From positions 1 to 56,018 of the IMG/VR virus record IMGVR_UViG_3300046534_000888: a DNA stretch of 56,018 bases. The stretch is one strand, 5' to 3'. Every line of letters begins with the position of its first letter. Position 1 is the stretch's first letter. Below are positions 22,952-33,164 of the stretch, piece after piece. Below the pieces are notes generated by a model. That model ran no database searches. It had not been told where the DNA came from and worked only from the letters and a program-made list of their open reading frames with translations. A program made the translations under genes and the position numbers. The stretch is from a virus. Lineage: Duplodnaviria > Caudoviricetes.

Positions 22952-23217
22952 CTTTCTTCCTTTTTGTTTCGTATTTCCCGAGTTACCAGAAGTAGTGCTT
23001 TTTCAAATTCATTTGCTGGCCGGAGATATGTTGTAATTGGTAGTATTCCGCTACCAAGATTATCTTCCCATTCGTACACCCATAATTCTCTATTATGGCC
23101 TGGGCGCGGCTCGATACCATAACCGTCGGTCATCTTTTCAAGATAGGCCAGTGTGACTTCTCTCATTTCACTATTGTTTAGTGATATTAATTTAGGTACA
23201 TGAATTGTTAAATCCAT
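22948..23217 (-). CDS. hypothetical protein
   Basis: GGAG RBS. Confidence 0.7.
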   Translation of the reverse strand: MDLTIHVPKLISLNNSEMREVTLAYLEKMTDGYGIEPRPGHNRELWVYEWEDNLGSGILPITTYLRPANEFEKALLLVTREIRNKKEER

Positions 23218-23392
23218 TATTTTGCTCCTATAATGCAGTGAAGTAGATCGACTTCGGCTTCTTTTACTTTACAATAATGCCGCATTTCCTCGATCTTTGT
23301 GGCAGCTTCTTCACAAATATAAGCAGATGTATCCTGCTTATGCTTCATATGCATATCTCGCAGGATGCGTAATTTGTCAATTATATCAATAA

Positions 23393-23566
23393 TCATAGAT
23401 ACATATCCTCACGGTATAATCTTTCCGATCTTTCTTCAGCATCGGTCTTTGCATACTCCACGATTGTTCGAGTTCCTATAGGAACACCCTCTGACTTTTC
23501 ACAACACCGTCTACCATTAAATGTTTCCCCGAGCAAATGAATAATGCCACAGTTTATACATTTCAT
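23393..23566 (-). CDS. hypothetical Cys-containing protein
   Basis: Start moved to MKCINCG. Confidence 0.55.
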   Translation of the reverse strand: MKCINCGIIHLLGETFNGRRCCEKSEGVPIGTRTIVEYAKTDAEERSERLYREDMYL

Positions 23567-23592
23567 TTCAGTGACTTCTCGGGTCGTTCTAA

Positions 23593-23970
23593 TCACTTCA
23601 CAACACCAGTAAGGGTAGCGGCGTATTCGACTAACCATACTTTTGGTGCAATCATAATCTTTAACCAAGTTAGGTTCATCAATACCGACCCAGCGACAGT
23701 TGATATAAATGATAACACTATCAACCAAACATGGAGATCTTGAAATTCTTGATCTTGGAGAAGACTATAGACTTTACGTCCAAGATATATAGCAAACGTG
23801 AACAATATAACTGCAATGCTTGCTTTGATGCCCATATATACTCCATACCAAAGTAAGAGTTGGGTTAGGAAATCGGGAATCTCAGCGGTAAGGAAGTCTT
23901 GCGAAGCATCAACACCCTTCATTGTTTTTTCGATTAAACCTGTTACTGCTGATTGTAATTGATCATTCAT
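23593..23970 (-). CDS. membrane protein
   Basis: Hydrophobic segments, W.KI.IAPK.WL.EY. Confidence 0.8.
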   Translation of the reverse strand: MNDQLQSAVTGLIEKTMKGVDASQDFLTAEIPDFLTQLLLWYGVYMGIKASIAVILFTFAIYLGRKVYSLLQDQEFQDLHVWLIVLSFISTVAGSVLMNLTWLKIMIAPKVWLVEYAATLTGVVK

Positions 23971-24167
23971 TATGCTACAACTCCCAATTTCTCAGCCCAA
24001 AACCAAACTTGAAACAGGATGGAAGGGTACATAAAGATGAAAGTTGTAGGGCTAAGGATGCCAAAATGAGGCATACTTATTGAATTTCCGACCATGATCG
24101 ATAGGAATTTAATGAGTACGAGGATGCAGATAGAGGCGGTGAATACGAATGTCGCGGATAAAATCAT
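23970..24167 (-). CDS. membrane protein
   Basis: After early promoter. Confidence 0.7.
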   Translation of the reverse strand: MILSATFVFTASICILVLIKFLSIMVGNSISMPHFGILSPTTFIFMYPSILFQVWFWAEKLGVVA

Positions 24168-24239
24168 AATATAGTCTTCTCAATTGATTTGTACAACCAT
24201 TATATCATGGTTATTGTGGTTTGTCAACAACTATTTTCA

Positions 24240-24623
24240 TTATATTGCGGTGAATGTTCGAACTACGACCGTTTTTTCCTCGATCTTACATTTCAGGTCA
24301 TATGCTTCACTCATCCAATCAATAGCTTCAGGTTCAGCATGTTTGCCACCGCCATACCAATATGTCCATCCTACATACGAACCATCAAAGACTTGCATTG
24401 CAACCGAGCTGCTCTCGTAGTGTCGTGAGCCACAAGAAGCAATATCCCCGCTTGTGTCGAATTCACCCGGCCGAATTTCATTCATTGCGTCGGTGATACT
24501 ATCTTCATCATATTCATCGAAAATTTCGTCTATATTTAACCCAGTCAACGCTGGTAATTCTTCAGCACCCCACTCATAGGCCTTGCGTAAAACTTCATAC
24601 TTGATCTTTTGTTCTGGAGTCAT
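24240..24623 (-). CDS. hypothetical phage protein
   Basis: SRHYES..VA....DGS.VGW.YWYGGGKH.EP..IDW. Confidence 0.85.
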   Translation of the reverse strand: MTPEQKIKYEVLRKAYEWGAEELPALTGLNIDEIFDEYDEDSITDAMNEIRPGEFDTSGDIASCGSRHYESSSVAMQVFDGSYVGWTYWYGGGKHAEPEAIDWMSEAYDLKCKIEEKTVVVRTFTAI

Positions 24624-24877
24624 TTCACGTCCTCGCAACGTATTAATCTTGGCTTGTGCCATCTTTCGTTAAATTTAGGTGTTACACCTTTATCAGATAC
24701 AACCCAATATTCATAACCACCCAGGCAAATTACTTCACTTTCATATTGAACATATGTGATTGGTTCGCGTTCTGCCTGTGGTTTTGGTTTGATTGTGTTA
24801 TCAACGAGAAGTACTACAACGGCTGCGATTATAATTGTACTAAGTCCGACGGCAACAACTGTTGCAATATCTTTCAT
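24620..24877 (-). CDS. membrane-anchored hypothetical protein
   Basis: N-terminal hydrophobic segment. Confidence 0.7.
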   Translation of the reverse strand: MKDIATVVAVGLSTIIIAAVVVLLVDNTIKPKPQAEREPITYVQYESEVICLGGYEYWVVSDKGVTPKFNERWHKPRLIRCEDVK

Positions 24878-25875
24878 TATAATAACTCCTGTGCGAAAAA
24901 CCACGTACGAGCCTTTGCAGATAATTTAGAACCAACATCTTTCATTGATAATCCATTTTCTTCAAGTACATCACTTTCTTCTTTGTTGATATCACTCGAT
25001 ACCCATTTGATAAAAGCACCCAGGTATTTTCGATCAAAATCTCGTATCGATGAATCGATACCTAAATCATAATCAGTGGTTATGGGTAACACTTCAACCA
25101 CGGCTTGTTCCAACCGATTTTCGGTCACGGCGTACTCCACAAAGGCATCAATTGATTCTAATCGTTCAACGTCAACAGGAGCGAGAGTCTTAACCTTGGA
25201 GATGCTATGCTTCTCACCTTTGATCTTGAATGAGATCATGACACCTTTTTCATCGATGTGTTCCCATACAACACCTTCACCGGTTCCTGATACACCGAAG
25301 AACTTGCCAACGGGACACTCATTTTCCACTTCTTCAGTGAGAGCGATCATTCCGTTCTGAGCCAGGGTAGGATTAGTAAAGTCGATATCGATTTGTCGAG
25401 TCCAGATTTGAGTTGCGTCGATGATACTGAGGTCGGGCTCCATCAGTGGCCTGTCTCGAACCCAGAAATCTTCGGAGGAGGCGTAATCCATAACTTTAAC
25501 GCCAAAGACATAAAAGAACTTTGAGACAGAAGACACAGCAACACCTTTTTGAATTCCCATACCTGCAAATTCACCGTATATTACGACGATATCACCTTCA
25601 AACGCCTCCCCGAGATTTTCTAGGTATCTTCTGTAATCGGTGAACCATTGCTTATGATCTTCAAGCCAATTAGCAAATCCAGCATTGTCGTTGTGGATAT
25701 CAAGAGTGTTGTTTCGGGATTGAGGTGTCATCGTGCCATCGGGGTGAATGACAACGGACGCATTAGTTCCATGAACTTTGACAGTTCCTGTGAAACGTAT
25801 GGTGGGTGTAGAGCCGTGTCGTGTAACGTCTTTGACGATATTTCGGTATTGCACGATAGATGGGTATTTGATCAT
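24877..25875 (-). CDS. RNA ligase, Rnl2 family
   Basis: Motif I KVHGTNA, SRN, YGEFAG, FYVF, GEGVV, FKIKGEKH. Confidence 0.88.
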   Translation of the reverse strand: MIKYPSIVQYRNIVKDVTRHGSTPTIRFTGTVKVHGTNASVVIHPDGTMTPQSRNNTLDIHNDNAGFANWLEDHKQWFTDYRRYLENLGEAFEGDIVVIYGEFAGMGIQKGVAVSSVSKFFYVFGVKVMDYASSEDFWVRDRPLMEPDLSIIDATQIWTRQIDIDFTNPTLAQNGMIALTEEVENECPVGKFFGVSGTGEGVVWEHIDEKGVMISFKIKGEKHSISKVKTLAPVDVERLESIDAFVEYAVTENRLEQAVVEVLPITTDYDLGIDSSIRDFDRKYLGAFIKWVSSDINKEESDVLEENGLSMKDVGSKLSAKARTWFFAQELL

Positions 25876-25930
25876 AATATAGTTCTCAATTCAATTTATA
25901 TACCCATTATATCACAACAATGGGTATTTG

Positions 25931-26146
25931 TCAACCTTTAAATTTGTCCATTAATAATGCACAGGGCGCATCTATGTACAATAATTGGGATTTGGCAACC
26001 TTTGGTTTTATATCCTTCGCACGAAACAATTGAACATTCAATCTTTCCAGAGCTTTAACGATTTCGTTTAATTCATCTTCGTCTCGAATACGAACACCTC
26101 GGAGGCTATCGCTAATATCATCAATGCGTTCTACTATCTTTTTCAT
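25931..26146 (-). CDS. hypothetical protein
   Basis: ORF track. Confidence 0.65.
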   Translation of the reverse strand: MKKIVERIDDISDSLRGVRIRDEDELNEIVKALERLNVQLFRAKDIKPKVAKSQLLYIDAPCALLMDKFKG

Positions 26147-26937
26147 AATTCCACTCGCAGGTTAACATCAAATTTCTCGTTTAATTCATGAGGCCAGTAA
26201 CCGCGAGGGTTGCAGACGATTCGTGTCTTGGAGTCAGGCACCATTATATCATTTGATGAATGTGTATGTCCGTGAACCCAAAGATCAGGTTGCGTTTCCA
26301 TCATTTCAGGGTGCAATTCCGAGGCATAGGCGCCATTCAATGGGCTGCCTTGATGCTCATCCGCGATGCACATATAGCTAGGAAGATGATGTGATACCAC
26401 CACAGTCTTGTCAAAAATATTCTTTGCATTCCGAAGTTGATCGAATATGAAATCTCGTTGACGTCTATGAAGTGCCATGGTTTCGACAGGCTTTAACTTT
26501 CGTTGCCAAGGAGCATTGACAGGTCCTGTTCGTATACAGTTGTAATCATTCATGCTATATTCAGCGTCGGACATTAACAAAGGGTTTCCTTTATCCATAT
26601 CAGTCCACAATGTAGCACCAACAAAAAATACACCGTCAAGGACTATAACGTCTTCATCGAGTATATAAACGTTTGGAAGGTGAGCAATGTTATCATCGAT
26701 CTTTTTATAGACTTGCGGATAGTTTGCTTTATAGAATTCATGGTTACCGAAAACGTATAGCACATATTTGAATCGTTCAGAGCAAAGCGCGAGGAACTTG
26801 TGTACATGTTTGGCAAGATCGATATCACCGGCGAGTATAAGAGTTGACTCGTAGTCATCGAAATGGGCAGGAAAATTAAAGTCACCTGCGACCCTGTTAA
26901 ACTCAAGGTGCAGGTCGCTCATTATTCGGAATTTCAT
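26143..26937 (-). CDS. calcineurin-like metallophosphoesterase
   Basis: SDLH, AGD, GNHE, HH.P, HGHTH, NPRGY. Confidence 0.93.
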   Translation of the reverse strand: MKFRIMSDLHLEFNRVAGDFNFPAHFDDYESTLILAGDIDLAKHVHKFLALCSERFKYVLYVFGNHEFYKANYPQVYKKIDDNIAHLPNVYILDEDVIVLDGVFFVGATLWTDMDKGNPLLMSDAEYSMNDYNCIRTGPVNAPWQRKLKPVETMALHRRQRDFIFDQLRNAKNIFDKTVVVSHHLPSYMCIADEHQGSPLNGAYASELHPEMMETQPDLWVHGHTHSSNDIMVPDSKTRIVCNPRGYWPHELNEKFDVNLRVEL

Positions 26938-27011
26938 GATATAAGAGTCTCAATTCAATTTATATACACATTATATCACAACAATCAGCACTTGTCAACC
27001 TTTATTTTCAT

Positions 27012-27953
27012 TTATTTGTCGAAATCTCGTGACATAAGGGTATCTATGGGAATATTTGCGGAAATCCAACCCCATAGCTGTGTTTTAATCGCGATCATCT
27101 TGTTTACAGGCTTGCCAGGCTTCTTGAGCGTGAGATACTTGAAGTCCTTGATAGTGCCAAATATCTTCCCTTTTGACTTCCCACCACGGAACGGAGCATC
27201 AAGCCCTGCTCTACCACGTGCCTGGGTGCCACGAATATTCGCGGAAGGGTTGTCACCGGCAGATCGATAATCTTGACCATCATCAGTCTTGAAAAAGATT
27301 GTATTTTTCTGGTTGTTCAGAATAACATGAATACCGCCATTCATTCCAACAGGTATCTTATTCTTGTCAACTATATCCCACATTGTCGCCGCGGCACCAG
27401 AATGAGTTTCAAACATAATATCATCTGGAACTACTCGTTCGCGTGATGCATTCTGTTTAATCGCAATTTTATAATCTGTCAATACCCATACAAGATGAAC
27501 ATTGTTAGGATTATAACCTGAATCGTATAATTTAGGAAGTGCTTCATCGATTGCTTTAAGATTCTTGAGTGTCACATCGAACATCAAGTTAGGCAATCTT
27601 TCCTTGCTTGTTATAGCACCGAGCATAACATCGAGTGTCTTGTCCTTGATTCCTTTACTATCTACAAATTGGTGTAACTTGAAAACGTCTTCGGGATTCT
27701 TTAAATCCAAACCACGAATTTCAGGATACTTCTTCTTCAGCTTATCTATTTTGATAAACGCCAATTTCCATTCATCAACATCACGAACCTTGTAGTCCTG
27801 AGAGTTAATGAAGTTTGCAGCGGCGAATCCCTTACCGGAACCGGCACCACCAGCAAGAATCACGATTTGACCGTAACGTGCTCCATTATTGATAAGGAGT
27901 AGTTTCTCTTGAAGCTCTTGTTGTTCAACGAAGTGACTCTTAAATGATTTCAT
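27012..27953 (-). CDS. P-loop kinase/ATPase with capsid-targeting-like N-terminus
   Basis: Walker A-like GGAGSGKG, R.RVVP; starts MKSFKSHFVE. Confidence 0.8.
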   Translation of the reverse strand: MKSFKSHFVEQQELQEKLLLINNGARYGQIVILAGGAGSGKGFAAANFINSQDYKVRDVDEWKLAFIKIDKLKKKYPEIRGLDLKNPEDVFKLHQFVDSKGIKDKTLDVMLGAITSKERLPNLMFDVTLKNLKAIDEALPKLYDSGYNPNNVHLVWVLTDYKIAIKQNASRERVVPDDIMFETHSGAAATMWDIVDKNKIPVGMNGGIHVILNNQKNTIFFKTDDGQDYRSAGDNPSANIRGTQARGRAGLDAPFRGGKSKGKIFGTIKDFKYLTLKKPGKPVNKMIAIKTQLWGWISANIPIDTLMSRDFDK

Positions 27954-28246
27954 CAAACAAATCTATATAAACTGTGTATGATAGGGTCTGAACGAGTGTT
28001 AGCTAACATACTTTGAGTACCCTTCGCTTTAATGACTGCGTTAAGTTTATCCTTTTCTAATGTGGTGAGTTTAGATTTAAGCTTCTTCATTATGGCAACA
28101 GACTTGTCAAATCTTTCCTGATCGTCTTTACTCCAACCAGGCTGACCCCATTCTACTCGTCCATCACCCGCGACCAGGCTCGTGTCTTTATTGACTCCCA
28201 ATACTTCGGTCACGTATACATCTGCTAATTCTTTAACTGTTTTCAT
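27953..28246 (-). CDS. hypothetical late protein
   Basis: MKTVKE..; in late operon. Confidence 0.7.
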   Translation of the reverse strand: MKTVKELADVYVTEVLGVNKDTSLVAGDGRVEWGQPGWSKDDQERFDKSVAIMKKLKSKLTTLEKDKLNAVIKAKGTQSMLANTRSDPIIHSLYRFV

Positions 28247-28250
28247 ATCT

Positions 28251-28565
28251 TTATCCCACGTACATGTTTAGTTCGAATGTTTTTGTTGCGGATTCGCGAT
28301 TGTAAATTTGAACCTGAACTCGTTTCTTGATATTCTTACCACTCTTATCAGTAAGAGCAAGGTTATAACGATTAGTCTTTCCACGCCCTGGCTTTGCAGG
28401 ACCTGTTGCAACATCGGACCAACGTGATTCCGCTTCAATCGCCATTCCTTTCTTGGCAAGTTCATTCTCGACTTCAACGAATGCCGCACTCATTGTGTCG
28501 TGATATAATGCATAGGAAGTTTTGGCTTCGTTGATTGATACTCTTAATACTTTAAATGATTTCAT
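28251..28565 (-). CDS. hypothetical late protein
   Basis: MKSFK..INE after TATAAATA (28597-28604); ends ELNMYVG. Confidence 0.8.
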   Translation of the reverse strand: MKSFKVLRVSINEAKTSYALYHDTMSAAFVEVENELAKKGMAIEAESRWSDVATGPAKPGRGKTNRYNLALTDKSGKNIKKRVQVQIYNRESATKTFELNMYVG

Positions 28566-28599
28566 GCTATCCCATGTGATGAAGTAAATATAGTTCTAT

Positions 28600-28968
28600 T
28601 TATAATAAACTATTGCTGTATCGATCATAGAATTCAACCCGTTTATCAAGAACAGCTATTCGTGCCTCTTCAAGTTCTTGGTTGGTGCCTTCATAAAATG
28701 CAGTATCGAATAAATCCATTTCATTTTTAGTGTATTCAGATTCAAGCGTGAGATATCCGGCAGGAACTAATACCATGTTCCCACCGATTCCGATATAGCC
28801 AGGCGCACTGTTTTTGCGCGACTCTTTTGGAAAATATGTTCTAAGTACCACTACGACCCTCGGCACGCGCCTTTCGGCCCTTCGAACCATGGTTACCCAT
28901 GTGGTCAGGACCCTTCTCGACCACTTGGCCCTTTTGGCGATATTCCTTCGCCTCGACTTTACTTTCAA
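28600..28968 (-). CDS. hypothetical basic protein
   Basis: ORF track, TTG start with AAGGA upstream. Confidence 0.55.
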   Translation of the reverse strand: MKVKSRRRNIAKRAKWSRRVLTTWVTMVRRAERRVPRVVVVLRTYFPKESRKNSAPGYIGIGGNMVLVPAGYLTLESEYTKNEMDLFDTAFYEGTNQELEEARIAVLDKRVEFYDRYSNSLL

Positions 28969-29005
28969 AAAAGTCCTTTCCTACTTTAAACAATCTTAAC
29001 ATTTT

Positions 29006-29164
29006 CTACTTCCTCTTGGTTAAAAAATCTTGTGTCGCCATACATATGACAAACAAGGGTAATATTACTATAAATATGATAGCCGCGACTATCAAAGCCA
29101 GGGCGTTCATAATGGGCCCGAGTCGTTTGATCGGCTTATACGGAGTCATCGGTGTTCTTTTCAT
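29006..29164 (-). CDS. small membrane protein
   Basis: Hydrophobic segment; start moved to MKRTP. Confidence 0.5.
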   Translation of the reverse strand: MKRTPMTPYKPIKRLGPIMNALALIVAAIIFIVILPLFVICMATQDFLTKRK

Positions 29165-29165
29165 A

Positions 29166-29822
29166 TTAATCCCACAAGCTCTGGTAATACTTTCCGAAAT
29201 TTTCAAAGGCATTCGACATACGTTCTTGGTGCTTTCGCATTCCATCCATGTCTATTTCAAACGTATGCTTGGCCCCATTAGTCAATTCCATACAATCATC
29301 ATCGCGGTCGACAGCAATCCATTTATGGTCAATTTCACCGCTATAATATTGCTCTTCCCAATCAACATTGACTTGTTCAAAAGCCCAGATCATTTCGTCT
29401 AATACTTCATCCCATTTAGCGGCGCCTGCATCCTCATCAATTTCGAATCCTTCTACATCAAATGACATTTGTGCTTCGGTAGGATACGTCTCGTATTCGT
29501 GACAGAATTCAGCAGGATATCCGCGCTTAGTTACCCGCAAATTCATCAACATAGGCAGAATAATCATTGCTAATGTAGAATCCATACTCCATGTATCGTA
29601 GTTATCAATTCGAATCTTGACCTTACGTTTCTTCTGATCTTCAACCCATTGACAGGCGCCTGATACCCAAGTATTCGACAGAAAATCACCAAAGTCACTA
29701 ACCCAATCTGGTTTACAGTCAATTCCATATTCATCTTTAATAGGGTCAACCCAGAAGCATAGTATTTCCGCAATCTGATATGGTCCTATCCATTCCCTAT
29801 AAGGTCCTATGTTAATTTTCAT
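29166..29822 (-). CDS. conserved T4-like hypothetical protein
   Basis: I.ID.YDTWSMD.TLA.IILPML...WD.VLDEMIWAFE...FGKYY..LWD. Confidence 0.88.
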   Translation of the reverse strand: MKINIGPYREWIGPYQIAEILCFWVDPIKDEYGIDCKPDWVSDFGDFLSNTWVSGACQWVEDQKKRKVKIRIDNYDTWSMDSTLAMIILPMLMNLRVTKRGYPAEFCHEYETYPTEAQMSFDVEGFEIDEDAGAAKWDEVLDEMIWAFEQVNVDWEEQYYSGEIDHKWIAVDRDDDCMELTNGAKHTFEIDMDGMRKHQERMSNAFENFGKYYQSLWD

Positions 29823-29830
29823 ATGAGTTA

Positions 29831-30082
29831 CTAAAAAGTTCCTATTTGGGGTCTTCCAATGCGTACATGTCTATAGACATGGTTTTCATAATCAGTTAAT
29901 AACTTGTGTGCTTCGTCTCTTGATTTACATGTAAACGTGTAATCACCACCATTAATCATATTCCAGATGATTGTGTGTTCGGTTCGAACCTTAGCTTTAT
30001 CGCTTCTATGAATCGATCGGACCGAACAAACATTACTTGGGTTGACCAACATTGTAGCGGATACTTTGAATAATGGTATCAT
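29831..30082 (-). CDS. hypothetical protein
   Basis: Start moved to MIPLF. Confidence 0.65.
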   Translation of the reverse strand: MIPLFKVSATMLVNPSNVCSVRSIHRSDKAKVRTEHTIIWNMINGGDYTFTCKSRDEAHKLLTDYENHVYRHVRIGRPQIGTF

Positions 30083-30083
30083 A

Positions 30084-30332
30084 TTACTTGACCTTTGGGA
30101 AACACTGAAGTCCCATCGCCTTGCCATTGTCTAACATAAACATAATGCAAGTCATATTTGGCGCGGTTTTCGGAGTGAACTCATACAATTCGGAGTTAAA
30201 GCCCCACGTATCAAGTTCATATGTTGCATCGGGTACCATCAGATCGCCAGTGCTTGGGGTTGTAAACATTCCATCACCGCTACAACCGGTAGCAAGAACT
30301 GCAAGTAATACTAACGCTAATTTTGTTTTCAT
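30084..30332 (-). CDS. lipoprotein
   Basis: Lipobox ATGC. Confidence 0.75.
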   Translation of the reverse strand: MKTKLALVLLAVLATGCSGDGMFTTPSTGDLMVPDATYELDTWGFNSELYEFTPKTAPNMTCIMFMLDNGKAMGLQCFPKVK

Positions 30333-30346
30333 AATCTATATTCTCT

Positions 30347-30583
30347 TTAAAGTTTTAAATCGGGGTGTAGCACAGGTGTGCCAATATAATGAGGATTTGC
30401 AAACCAAACGCCTGCCAAATCCAACCAAGGTATCGTATCATCAGCAAGGCCTTCAATATCTGCCCATGCCTCAAAATCGATAAGTGAATCACTAACTAAA
30501 CTTTTGCCACACTTATCAACCGCCATAAAGATGGTTATTGAGCCTTTCTGCATTCCATAACTAGGTTCTAAATTATTAAACAT
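30347..30583 (-). CDS. hypothetical protein
   Basis: ORF track. Confidence 0.7.
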   Translation of the reverse strand: MFNNLEPSYGMQKGSITIFMAVDKCGKSLVSDSLIDFEAWADIEGLADDTIPWLDLAGVWFANPHYIGTPVLHPDLKL

Positions 30584-30776
30584 CAGTTTCCCCCCAAGAG
30601 TAAAGTTGTGCTTCGGTCGCGAACATCTGACCTTTCACCTCTGCTTGATGTAGGATGAAAGCGTGAATTTTAGGGTCGGTCGTATCAAGACCATGTGCCT
30701 TGGCCTGAGACATTAAGCCTGTCAGTGCCATTCTGTAATGACCATCACCTGCGATAACCTTCGTTGCTTCACTCAT
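30576..30776 (-). CDS. hypothetical early protein
   Basis: After early promoter. Confidence 0.7.
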   Translation of the reverse strand: MSEATKVIAGDGHYRMALTGLMSQAKAHGLDTTDPKIHAFILHQAEVKGQMFATEAQLYSWGETDV

Positions 30777-30841
30777 CTCGTTTCCTAATCAATTTATACA
30801 TGTATTATATCACGGCTATCGTGGTATGTCAACAACTATTA

Positions 30842-31315
30842 TCACGAAAGATTTGATAGGGGTATTAAATTAGTTAATGGGAGGCATCTCAGGCCAATAC
30901 CCAATTCGATTGAGAATACGCGGTCAAGACGGTGTTGCTCGTCTGTCGTCTTACTATACCTATCGGCATAGTATACATCGATGATGCCTGACTGTCTCAA
31001 GTGCTTCAGGCACTGTCTACAGGGGGATAATGTCGTATACATCGTGCCATTGTCAATCGATATTCCTGCCTTGGCGGCGAATATGACAGCATTCATTTCC
31101 GCATGAATCTCATGATCGGCGCTCCAGGCTGAGTGTTCTGGGCCGCTCTCACAGTGTAAGTCGTCACAGTTGAGATATCCTTGAGGTGTTCCATTATATC
31201 CGGTCGATATGATACGATGATCTTTGACGATGATCGCTCCGACTTGAACCGAGACACAGTGAGACGCCTTGGAGACTTCCAGTGCTATTCTCATGAATTG
31301 ATTACCATTTATCAT
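30842..31315 (-). CDS. cd: dCMP deaminase
   Basis: STGYNG, HAEMN, SPC..C. Confidence 0.95.
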   Translation of the reverse strand: MINGNQFMRIALEVSKASHCVSVQVGAIIVKDHRIISTGYNGTPQGYLNCDDLHCESGPEHSAWSADHEIHAEMNAVIFAAKAGISIDNGTMYTTLSPCRQCLKHLRQSGIIDVYYADRYSKTTDEQHRLDRVFSIELGIGLRCLPLTNLIPLSNLS

Positions 31316-31563
31316 TAGCGATATGACTCTATTCTTGCATCGTCCATCATTTCAATAATCTCTGATATTTCTATACTCTTATCAGTTGATGCAAGATCAC
31401 CAGTTTCTTTATTTTGCCATGCATAATGCAAATCAACCCAAGTCTCCTTGACTCTGATCTGGCTGAATACATCAGCCCAAAAGCCATTGTTATATTCCAT
31501 AGTCACTTCGACAAGGCCTTTTTCATTTTTGGTACAACGTCCGTAACTATAATAGTTGCTCAT
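31315..31563 (-). CDS. hypothetical protein
   Basis: Coupled ORF. Confidence 0.7.
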   Translation of the reverse strand: MSNYYSYGRCTKNEKGLVEVTMEYNNGFWADVFSQIRVKETWVDLHYAWQNKETGDLASTDKSIEISEIIEMMDDARIESYR

Positions 31564-31856
31564 AAATCTATTAATCCTTCCTTTTCAGCTGTGTAATAAG
31601 AACCCGCATCGGTCCATTCAATCGTTCCAACCTCGACACCCACAACACTGTAATGGGTTTCATCTATCATTTTATCAAAGTTTCTTACAATGCCTAAATC
31701 TTTTAACTTACCACCCCAACTACCGTGAGTACACCACGCTTCATTTGACTCGGTAAAGTATTCAAAATGTGTCTGACGACTAGCAACGAAATATTTCTTT
31801 ACTTCTACGATAGGTTCGCCATTATGAAGTCTAAGATGCTCTTCAAGTGTGATCAT
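31560..31856 (-). CDS. hypothetical protein
   Basis: Coupled ORF. Confidence 0.7.
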   Translation of the reverse strand: MITLEEHLRLHNGEPIVEVKKYFVASRQTHFEYFTESNEAWCTHGSWGGKLKDLGIVRNFDKMIDETHYSVVGVEVGTIEWTDAGSYYTAEKEGLIDL

Positions 31857-31857
31857 A

Positions 31858-32181
31858 TTAATCGTAATCCCTTCGACTATAAAAAGTCGTTTTGGTCGGA
31901 GTCATAATGGTATAACTTCCTTGGTGACATCTTTCCATTAACAATTCAGCCAAGTTCTGCGCCTTAAGATCGATTTCTGCGTTTGTGGCAGGGAATCTTG
32001 GGTAGTTTATTAAACCGATTTCAGCACCAGATTCCTCACCTTGTGCGTAGATGTAGTTGGTCGGCGTAACAGTCACACACAAACCCGACAAGCAATATTC
32101 CCGTACGGCATTTTCTATGTGTACAATTTGACCAGAAATGTAAATCTTGGCCCAATAAGTGTTCACGGTGATTTGTTTCAT
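31858..32181 (-). CDS. hypothetical phage protein
   Basis: GLCVTV.PT.YIY..GEE.G...GLINYPRFP. Confidence 0.85.
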   Translation of the reverse strand: MKQITVNTYWAKIYISGQIVHIENAVREYCLSGLCVTVTPTNYIYAQGEESGAEIGLINYPRFPATNAEIDLKAQNLAELLMERCHQGSYTIMTPTKTTFYSRRDYD

Positions 32182-32480
32182 GATGAAACTTCCTGTAAAA
32201 CAAACGAATCTGTAGCATCAACCCAATCAGATCGATGTGTAAGTCTAATCCCGTCATTGGAATTGGCTGAGTATTTCAATTTACCCGTGACCATTTCAAC
32301 CAAATAAACGGAAGTAGCAAAGGTACCAAGGACACATAAATAGGGATTGCTAATATCAAGTCCTTCTATACCTATGAAGTTTTTGTCCAGTTCTTTTTCC
32401 ACATAAATCCGGCCGTGTTGGAATGTGACGGCTTCAGTTGCGTCTTTACGCACTTTAGTTGTAATTCGCATTAGTTCCAC
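32178..32480 (-). CDS. hypothetical protein
   Basis: Coupled ORF. Confidence 0.7.
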   Translation of the reverse strand: MELMRITTKVRKDATEAVTFQHGRIYVEKELDKNFIGIEGLDISNPYLCVLGTFATSVYLVEMVTGKLKYSANSNDGIRLTHRSDWVDATDSFVLQEVSS

Positions 32481-32743
32481 TCATCTCCTTTAGCGGCGTC
32501 TTCTACCATGCCACCATAATGTTTTTCAAGATATTGAGGACCGTCAGTCCAAACATTGTAGTTTTCATTGAGGCGGTCCATTTCAGCATCAAATTCCTTG
32601 GCAAGGCGTTTCTGCGCCACAAGCACTTTGACTCGAGCTTTGAATGACTTTTTCTGCATCTTCGTTTTAAATTCATCACCGGACTGAACCTTCGTCACAG
32701 CGGCAGCGATCATTTCCATTCGACTAATAGTCATTGAGTTCAC
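32471..32743 (-). CDS. hypothetical protein
   Basis: ORF track. Confidence 0.7.
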   Translation of the reverse strand: MNSMTISRMEMIAAAVTKVQSGDEFKTKMQKKSFKARVKVLVAQKRLAKEFDAEMDRLNENYNVWTDGPQYLEKHYGGMVEDAAKGDEWN

Positions 32744-32902
32744 CCTTTAGGTAGTTACTAATATAACCCCAAAGCACAAATACCGCACCTGCAAGGCCCA
32801 TCGCAATCATAACCCAAAGATCAACATCCTCTTTGACACCTGACGCGGCTAAAAGGAGTATTACTCCTACAATTATTCTAATCACAACTATTCTAATCAT
32901 AA

Positions 32903-33160
32903 TTAGATCACCTCTACATAAGAATAATTAGACCACCCGTTTGCGGCGGAATTGTTTATTGAGTTATTTAGATTCTTAATAAGCGACTTGATACCACGAG
33001 GATTGGTATTAATCTTGACATTACCTTGTTCGTGTTGCCAGCTGCGACCACAATCTAATGTATAACTGAACATATTGGTGAGTTCATCTATCGTTCCGGT
33101 GAACTCATTAGATGAACTATTTCGTGAATTGGTTTTTGCAATGGTAAATGATTTACTCAT
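32903..33160 (-). CDS. hypothetical phage protein
   Basis: GT..EL...FSYTL.CG.SW..E.GN.KIN..P..IKSL. Confidence 0.8.
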   Translation of the reverse strand: MSKSFTIAKTNSRNSSSNEFTGTIDELTNMFSYTLDCGRSWQHEQGNVKINTNPRGIKSLIKNLNNSINNSAANGWSNYSYVEVI

Positions 33161-33164
33161 AATA

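Noticed and set aside
28600-28968. Second gp23-like fragment (VKSRR...AKWS)
   Set aside because: Similarity covers only a few basic residues and does not extend.
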